Shown one piece after another: positions 58,580-64,000 of a stretch of DNA of 64,000 nt. The notes under the pieces are model-generated. The model was not told the origin of the DNA and made no database searches. It saw nothing but the letters and a program-made list of their open reading frames with translations. Within the stretch, counting starts at the first letter, position 1, and each line of letters begins with the position of its first letter. This DNA is from Acidobacteriota bacterium. Its GTDB lineage: Bacteria > Acidobacteriota > Polarisedimenticolia > Gp22-AA2. Location: assembly GCA_046758905.1 (NCBI GenBank), contig JBHIBC010000002.1:16648-80647 (forward strand). The letters run 5' to 3'. A program made the translations under genes and the position numbers.

Positions 58580-60340
58580 TTGAGCCGTTGGCGAGTCCCG
58601 ATGGTCGCGTTCGCGGTCGCGCTTGCGATCTCCGCCTGCCTTCGGGCGCGGGCTCCCGAGGCCGACCTCATTCTGGTCGACGGCGTGGTTCACACCATGT
58701 CGGCGACGGGCGGGACCGCCGCGGCCATGGCCGTGCGGGACGGCAGGCTGCTGGCCGTGGGAGACGAGGAGTCCATCCTCAGGCACCGCGGGGAGACGAC
58801 CCCGGTGGTCGACCTGCGCGGGGCCACGATCGTCCCCGGGCTGATCGACGCGCACGTCCACCTTCTCGGGGTCGGTGAGACGCTCCTGAACGAGGAGACG
58901 GGAGGCGCGCTGTACGTCGACCTGTCGATGACCCAGAGCGAGGAGGACGCGGTGCAGAGGGTCCGGAGCCGGGTCCGCAGCATGCGCCCCGGCGAGTGGG
59001 TCCTGGGCCGGGGGTGGAACCAGGAGCGCTGGACCGAGAGGCGGCTTCCGGACAAGCGGCTGCTCTCCGAAATCGTCCGGTACAACCCGGCGTTTCTGGT
59101 GCGCTCGGACGGCCACGCGGTGTGGGTCAACAGGGCGGCGCTCGAGCGGGCCGGGATCGACGCCCGCACGCCCGACCCACCCGGCGGGCGCATCCTGAGG
59201 GAGCCTCGCACCGGCGAGCCGAGCGGGCTGCTCCTCGACCGGGCCTGGGAGCCCGTCCTCCGCGAGATCCCAGCGCTCTCGGTGGAGGAGAAGGTCGCCG
59301 CCCTGAGCCGCGCGCTGCGGGAGTTCGCGGCGCGCGGCTACACGATGGTCCATTCGGCCGGGTCGCTCAATCGACTCGGTCTGCGCGACCTGGGGGCGTC
59401 CGGGGACGAGGAGGTCGAGATCTTCCGGACCCTCGCGCTGAGCCGCCGCCTGCCGATCCGGGTCGTGCTGATGGTGCCCGGGCCCTCGGAGGCGGCCGAG
59501 AGCCTCCTGCGCCGCGGCCCGGAGGTCGGCCTGGGGGACGACCGCCTCGACATCCGCACGATCGAGCTGTTCGCCGACGGGACGCTCGGCAGTCGCGGGG
59601 CCGCCCTGCTGGAACCGTACGCCGACGCGCCGGACACCTCGGGCTTGCTGCGAATGACTCGGGACGAGATCGCGGGGTGGGCCTCCCGCGGCCTGCGGAG
59701 CGGCATCCAGGTCGCCGTGCACGCCGTCGGCGACGCCGCGGTCCGGGAGGCGGTGAACGGGCTCGCGCGGGCCCTCACGGGCTCGCCCGGGGCCGATGCC
59801 CGGTTCCGGATCGAGCACCTGTCGCTGTTCGATCCGGCGGACCTCGAGACGCTGGCCCGGACGCGAGCCGTCGTGTCGGTCCAGCCCGGCCTCCTGCAGC
59901 CGTACTCCGGGGTGACGATGGAGGAGGCCAGGGTGGGTGAGGAGCGCGCCTCCCGGGTCTACGCCTTCGGGACGCTCCTGCGGGAGGGGGTACCGCTGGC
60001 CGGGTCGTCCGACGCACACGAGCGCCTGACCCACCCGCTGCTCGGTTTCTATTCGGCCGTCACCCGCAGGACGCCGGACGGCGGGCCGGCGGAGGGGTGG
60101 CACCCCGGGCGGCGCCTGACCCGAGCGGAGGCGCTGCGCCTGTTCACGCTGGGCGCCGCCTACGCGGCCCTCCGAGAGGGGGACGGGGGCAGCTTGGAGC
60201 CGGGCAAGTGGGCCGATTTCACCGTCCTGTCCCAGGACATCATGGCGGTTCCGGCGGACGAGATCCTCGAGACACAGACCCTCGCCACCTATGTCGCCGG
60301 GCACGAGGTCTATCGCCGGCATCGCTCGGCGCCGCCCTGA
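58580..60340 (+). CDS. amidohydrolase family (Amidohydro_3-type) metal-dependent hydrolase, secreted/lipoprotein-like
   Basis: Signal peptide with a Cys (VALAISACL). GLIDAHVHLLG metal-binding HxH, then ...HAVGDAAV. Confidence 0.85.
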   Translation: MSRWRVPMVAFAVALAISACLRARAPEADLILVDGVVHTMSATGGTAAAMAVRDGRLLAVGDEESILRHRGETTPVVDLRGATIVPGLIDAHVHLLGVGETLLNEETGGALYVDLSMTQSEEDAVQRVRSRVRSMRPGEWVLGRGWNQERWTERRLPDKRLLSEIVRYNPAFLVRSDGHAVWVNRAALERAGIDARTPDPPGGRILREPRTGEPSGLLLDRAWEPVLREIPALSVEEKVAALSRALREFAARGYTMVHSAGSLNRLGLRDLGASGDEEVEIFRTLALSRRLPIRVVLMVPGPSEAAESLLRRGPEVGLGDDRLDIRTIELFADGTLGSRGAALLEPYADAPDTSGLLRMTRDEIAGWASRGLRSGIQVAVHAVGDAAVREAVNGLARALTGSPGADARFRIEHLSLFDPADLETLARTRAVVSVQPGLLQPYSGVTMEEARVGEERASRVYAFGTLLREGVPLAGSSDAHERLTHPLLGFYSAVTRRTPDGGPAEGWHPGRRLTRAEALRLFTLGAAYAALREGDGGSLEPGKWADFTVLSQDIMAVPADEILETQTLATYVAGHEVYRRHRSAPP

Positions 60341-60372
60341 CGGCGCCACCACGCCGGCCGCCCGCGCGGGAT

Positions 60373-60378
60373 ATAATC
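60373..60378 (+). promoter_or_regulatory. isolated TATAAT -10-like hexamer 26 nt upstream of the VWA/HEAT gene start
   Basis: gggaTATAATctcgcttgccaccgcgagcg. No convincing -35. Followed by a short inverted repeat ctcgc/gcgag. Confidence 0.2.
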
Positions 60379-60403
60379 TCGCTTGCCACCGCGAGCGCCC
60401 CGC

Positions 60404-62053
60404 ATGCCAGACCGACGCAGGGACAAGGCCATCATCGCCGGAAGTCCGACGGCGGCCCGTCGGGCTCGCGCCGCCGCCCGCCGTACCGCCCTGCTCGCGG
60501 CCTCGCTGCTGATGTCGGCCGCGGCGGCCGCGGCCGGAGAGCGCGCCGGCCCGATGCGGGAATTCGTGCGGGTGGTCGACCGCCCCTACACCCGCGTCGG
60601 GCTGAGCGTGACCGTGACCGACCCGCGCGGCACCCCGATCCGGGGGCTGACGCGGGACGACTTCACCGTGATCGAGGACGGGGCCGAGATGGAGATCGTC
60701 GATTTCGGGCCCGAGGGCGAGCGACGCGATCGGCCGCTGTCGGTGGCCGTGCTCCTGGACTTCTCGGAGAGCATGCGGTCCCAGGTGAAGAAGGTGCGCG
60801 CGGCGGCCCTCGCGCTCCTCGAGGGGCTGCGGCCGCGGGACGCCATCATGGTGGCCACCTTCAACGATCAGATGACCGTGCTGCTGCCGTACACCTCGGA
60901 CCCCCGCGACCCGGAGCGGACGCTCAAGAGCGTCGGCCGCGCGCGCGGCGGGACGGCGCTGTTCCGCTCCATCGAGGAGGCCCTCAAGGACCTGCGCACG
61001 CGCTCCGGGCGCAAGGTGATACTGGTGGTGACCGATGGGCTGGACAGCGACATCGACCGCACGGGACACGTCCTCCAGTCGCTCTACCTGCAGGATCTCC
61101 TCCGGCTGTGCTTCCGGACCCAGACCATCGTCTACGGGGTGCTCCCGGGGATGGCGGCCACCTCCTGGCTGCCGTTCGAGGGGTTCGTCGAGCAGACCGG
61201 CGGGCGCCTCCTGTACACCGGCGGCGACCTCGAGCACCTGTTCGCGCGGCTCGGGGGGGAGTTCCTGAGCCAGTACTATATCGCCTACGAGATCGATCCC
61301 AAGCTCCGCAAGGGGAAGAGGCGCCGGATCCGCATCGAGGTCCGGCATCCCGGTGTGGTGGTCAAGGCGATGCGCGGCTACGCGACCCCGCCATCGCATC
61401 TCGACACCCTGCTGGGGGACCTGGCGGACGACGACGCCGGGATGCGGGCGGACGCCGCCTACGAGCTCGGCTTCGTCGGAGGCCCGCGCGCCGCGCGGGC
61501 CCTGCGGGTGGCGCTTCAGGACCGCGAGGCCGGGGTGAGACGTCTGGCCATTGACTCCCTCGCGCGGCTGGACGAGACGGAGGCGATCCCGGACATCACG
61601 AGGATGCTGGCGGATGGGGACCCGGTCGTCCGGAACGCCGCGGCCGAGGCTCTCCTCGGGTTCGGCCCGCGGGCGGCGCCGCACCTCGCCGAGCGGCTCC
61701 TGCGCGGCCGGGGCAGGCGCAGGGCGAGCGATACCTTGTTGGCCGCGGCCCGCATGCTCGGCAAGGTCGGGGACGACAGGGCCCTGGCCCCACTCGAGGC
61801 GCTCCTGGCGGAGGGGTCGGCCGAGGCCCGGGCCGCGGCCGCGAGCGCCCTGGGGGACCTGGGGCTCAGCCGCGGCCTGCCGGCGCTGCGCGCGGCGCTC
61901 GCCGACCGCCATCCGGAGGTGCGTCTGGCGGCGTTGCGGTCCATCGTCGCCGTCGCCGGGCGGGCGGCCCGGGCGCTGGTGGAGGAGTACCTCAGAGAGG
62001 AGGACGCTCCGGCCGTCAGGGCGCGGGCCCGGGCCCGCCTGGAGGGATCGTGA
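60404..62053 (+). CDS. von Willebrand factor type A domain protein with C-terminal HEAT (PBS-lyase-like) repeats, secreted
   Basis: Signal peptide. MIDAS-like LLDFSESM...TALFRSIEEAL...VILVVTDGLDSD. C-terminal repeated DPVVRNAAAEALLGFGPRAA / EVRLAALRSI HEAT-like units. Confidence 0.8.
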   Translation: MPDRRRDKAIIAGSPTAARRARAAARRTALLAASLLMSAAAAAAGERAGPMREFVRVVDRPYTRVGLSVTVTDPRGTPIRGLTRDDFTVIEDGAEMEIVDFGPEGERRDRPLSVAVLLDFSESMRSQVKKVRAAALALLEGLRPRDAIMVATFNDQMTVLLPYTSDPRDPERTLKSVGRARGGTALFRSIEEALKDLRTRSGRKVILVVTDGLDSDIDRTGHVLQSLYLQDLLRLCFRTQTIVYGVLPGMAATSWLPFEGFVEQTGGRLLYTGGDLEHLFARLGGEFLSQYYIAYEIDPKLRKGKRRRIRIEVRHPGVVVKAMRGYATPPSHLDTLLGDLADDDAGMRADAAYELGFVGGPRAARALRVALQDREAGVRRLAIDSLARLDETEAIPDITRMLADGDPVVRNAAAEALLGFGPRAAPHLAERLLRGRGRRRASDTLLAAARMLGKVGDDRALAPLEALLAEGSAEARAAAASALGDLGLSRGLPALRAALADRHPEVRLAALRSIVAVAGRAARALVEEYLREEDAPAVRARARARLEGS

Positions 62054-63576
62054 TCGGCCCGCGGCGCTCGGCTGCGGGGGCGCTCACCTGCCTGGCGATG
62101 GCCGTGAGCCTCTCCGCCGGGCCGCTCTCGTGCCTGTCCGTGGAGGGCCCGGGACCCGGGGCGGCGACCGGAGCCGGTGGGGCGCCGCCGCCCCGACGGG
62201 CGCCGGCCGTATCGTCCCCGATCCTGGCGGGTGCGGCCTCGCGCCCCATCACGCCGGACCCTTCGTCCGGAGGCTCGCCTATCCGGCTGGCCGGATTCTC
62301 CAGGGGGAGGGACGCCGTGGGCGTCCACGACGACCTCTTCGCCCGCGCCCTGGTCCTGCAGGCCGGCGGGACGGGGGTCGCCTTCGTGGCGCTGGATCTC
62401 ATCGGCTTCTTCTACGACGACGTCGTCCGCATCCGTGAGGAGATCCGGAGCCGCCACCCCGCGGTGCGGCTCGATCATGTCCTCGTCGCCAGCACTCACA
62501 CGCACGCCGGGCCCGACGTGCTGGGGCTATGGACGCCTCCCGGGCGCGCCATCGACTCGGGCTACATCGCTTCGGTCCGGGTCGGGGCGGCGGCCGCGGT
62601 GGCGGAGGCGTGGCGCCGGCGGAGACCGGCCCGGATCTCATTCGCGTCGAAGCGAGTGCCGCATCTGATCCGCGATACCCGACTGCCGCACGTGATCGAC
62701 GACCTGGCGCTCCTGATGAAGGTCGACCGGGAGGACGGCGCGGGGACGATCGCGACCCTGGTCAATTACGCCGATCACCCCGAATCGCTCGGCGCCCGCA
62801 ACCAGATGATCTCGTCCGACTACCCCTGGGCGACGCGCCTCAGCCTGGAGAGGAGGTTCGGCGGGGTCGCGCTGTTCATGCCCGGGGCCGTCGGCGGGCT
62901 GATGACCCCACTCAATATCGACCTCCTGGACCCGGCCAGCGGCGCGCCGGTGCCGAAGGGGAGCACCCGCCTGGCCGAGGCGGTGGGGCGGGCGCTCGGG
63001 CGCGCGCTGATCGGCGCCTGGCTCGGCCGCTCGGGTCGCGGCGAGGGTCCGGTATCCCTGCGCCGCGCGAGGATCGAGGTGCGCAGGCGCGAGCTGCGCG
63101 TCCCGCTCGCCAACCCGAGGTTCCTGCGCGGCCTGGCGGAGGGGCGCATCTGGCCGCGGGCGCTCTCCGACGACGGCACGCTGCGCAGCGAGGTCTCGGC
63201 CGTGACGCTCCTGGCGCCGGCGACGGAGCGCGCCGCGGGCCCCGCGGAGGTGTTGCCGGTGGCCCAGTTCGCCTGCGTCCCGGGAGAGATCTACCCGGAG
63301 CTGGTCGTCGGCGGGGTCCAGGATCCGCAGGATCCGGCGGCCGATTTCCCGGGCGCTCCGAGGGAGCCGCCGCTGCGCCCGATGATGCGCGGACGGTACC
63401 GGTTCGTCCTGGGGCTGTGCGACGACGAGCTCGGCTACATCATCCCGCTCTCGCAGTGGGACGAGGAGCCGCCTTTCGCCTACGGCCGCGACAGGCCGCA
63501 GTACGGCGAGATCAACTCGATCGGCCCCCGCGCCGCGCCGGTTCTGATCGACGCCTTCGCCGGCCTGCTGCGCTGA
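62050..63576 (+). CDS. neutral/alkaline ceramidase-like hydrolase (N-terminal catalytic domain), secreted
   Basis: GTG start overlaps the upstream stop (GTGA). Signal peptide. IRLAGFSRGRDAVGVHDDLFARALVL and VASTHTHAGPD resemble the neutral-ceramidase Zn-site motifs. Confidence 0.62.
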   Translation: MIGPRRSAAGALTCLAMAVSLSAGPLSCLSVEGPGPGAATGAGGAPPPRRAPAVSSPILAGAASRPITPDPSSGGSPIRLAGFSRGRDAVGVHDDLFARALVLQAGGTGVAFVALDLIGFFYDDVVRIREEIRSRHPAVRLDHVLVASTHTHAGPDVLGLWTPPGRAIDSGYIASVRVGAAAAVAEAWRRRRPARISFASKRVPHLIRDTRLPHVIDDLALLMKVDREDGAGTIATLVNYADHPESLGARNQMISSDYPWATRLSLERRFGGVALFMPGAVGGLMTPLNIDLLDPASGAPVPKGSTRLAEAVGRALGRALIGAWLGRSGRGEGPVSLRRARIEVRRRELRVPLANPRFLRGLAEGRIWPRALSDDGTLRSEVSAVTLLAPATERAAGPAEVLPVAQFACVPGEIYPELVVGGVQDPQDPAADFPGAPREPPLRPMMRGRYRFVLGLCDDELGYIIPLSQWDEEPPFAYGRDRPQYGEINSIGPRAAPVLIDAFAGLLR

Positions 63577-63629
63577 GTCGGGGGCGGATCGGCTACAATG
63601 CGGTGCTCTAGACAGGGGAGGGCGCGACG

Positions 63630-64000
63630 ATGGCGGACAATCCGACCCAGCCGAAGGTGACCTACGCCACCCTGGCGGCCGGCCAGACGCCCGAGTTCAC
63701 CAGGGCGTTCGACGAGGCGGCCGACCGCATCAGGAAGAGCCTCGGACGGACGTACCCGAACCTGATTGGCGGGAGAGAGGTGTCGGCGCGCGAGACCTTC
63801 GCGGACACCAGTCCGTCCGACACGCGGGTGGTGCTCGGCCGGTTCGCCGCGGGCACGCGCGAGGACGCCCGGGCGGCCATCGGCGCGGCGAGGGCGGCGT
63901 TCGAGGGGGGGTGGCGCGACCTGCCCTGGAAGGAGCGCGTGGCCCTCGTGCGCAGGGCGGCAGCGGCGATCGAGCGCCGGCGGTTCGACCTGTCGGCGCT
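63630..64000 (+). CDS. L-glutamate gamma-semialdehyde (1-pyrroline-5-carboxylate) dehydrogenase, N-terminal fragment (runs off window)
   Basis: KVTYATLAAGQTPEFTRAFDEA...YPNLIGGREV...VLGRFAAGTREDARAAIGAA is typical of a PruA/RocA-type aldehyde dehydrogenase N-terminus. Confidence 0.7.
   Translation, partial: MADNPTQPKVTYATLAAGQTPEFTRAFDEAADRIRKSLGRTYPNLIGGREVSARETFADTSPSDTRVVLGRFAAGTREDARAAIGAARAAFEGGWRDLPWKERVALVRRAAAAIERRRFDLSA

Overview
High-GC (~70 %) bacterial chromosomal segment, densely coding on both strands, about 50 protein genes. No rRNA, tRNA, CRISPR array, IS element or integrase was recognised.

Most genes are ordinary core or accessory metabolism:
- Central metabolism and biosynthesis: citrate synthase, class I fumarase, IspG, threonine dehydratase, class III aminotransferase, homoserine-dehydrogenase-like, partial PruA.
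- Membrane transport and respiration: cydAB cytochrome bd oxidase, ClC channel, CPA2 antiporter, MATE and ABC-F proteins.
- Other enzymes: a periplasmic three-subunit xanthine-dehydrogenase-family molybdoenzyme cluster, an M28 peptidase, an amidohydrolase and a hybrid CBS/GAF histidine kinase.

The most unusual content is two genes, about 5 kb apart, that each carry an in-frame TGA where selenocysteine is expected:
- (i) A B12-binding-domain radical SAM protein on the minus strand (8116..9612). Its reading frame runs ...EPWF-C-[TGA]-A-E-P-MEGQLDPARSPEAGF*. This is exactly the CUAEP tail of the radical SAM (seleno)protein family named for that motif. A naive ORF call stops at the Sec codon.
- (ii) A secreted TlpA/ResA-like thioredoxin-fold protein (13232..14668). 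Its redox motif reads W-[TGA]-A-G-C, i.e. UxxC in place of WCxxC. The same polypeptide carries TPR repeats and a DsbD-alpha-like C-x6-C domain. It lies immediately upstream of a secreted tetrahaem c-type cytochrome that ends in a MopE-like metal-binding motif.

Both UGA codons are followed within 11-16 nt by short GC hairpins whose loops contain GU (SECIS-like).

Other notable items:
- A sortase lies directly downstream of a secreted peptidoglycan-binding protein whose C-terminus is a non-LPXTG tripartite tail (REP / hydrophobic / RRQG).
- A ~1890-aa secreted giant has lactonase-type beta-propeller modules interleaved with thrombospondin type-3 Ca-binding repeats. It is preceded by an 830-nt leader containing a TTGACA-N17-TATATG promoter-like element and a small ORF with a Shine-Dalgarno sequence.
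- A small Cys-containing ORF sits between the molybdoenzyme cluster and the M28 peptidase.

Several long antisense or read-through ORFs in the six-frame track are GC-driven artefacts and were rejected. Gene content (Sec usage, TSP3 repeats, multihaem cytochromes, PEP-CTERM-like tails, prepilin-domain proteins) fits an Acidobacteriota / Myxococcota / candidate-phylum soil bacterium, but taxonomy cannot be fixed from this window.
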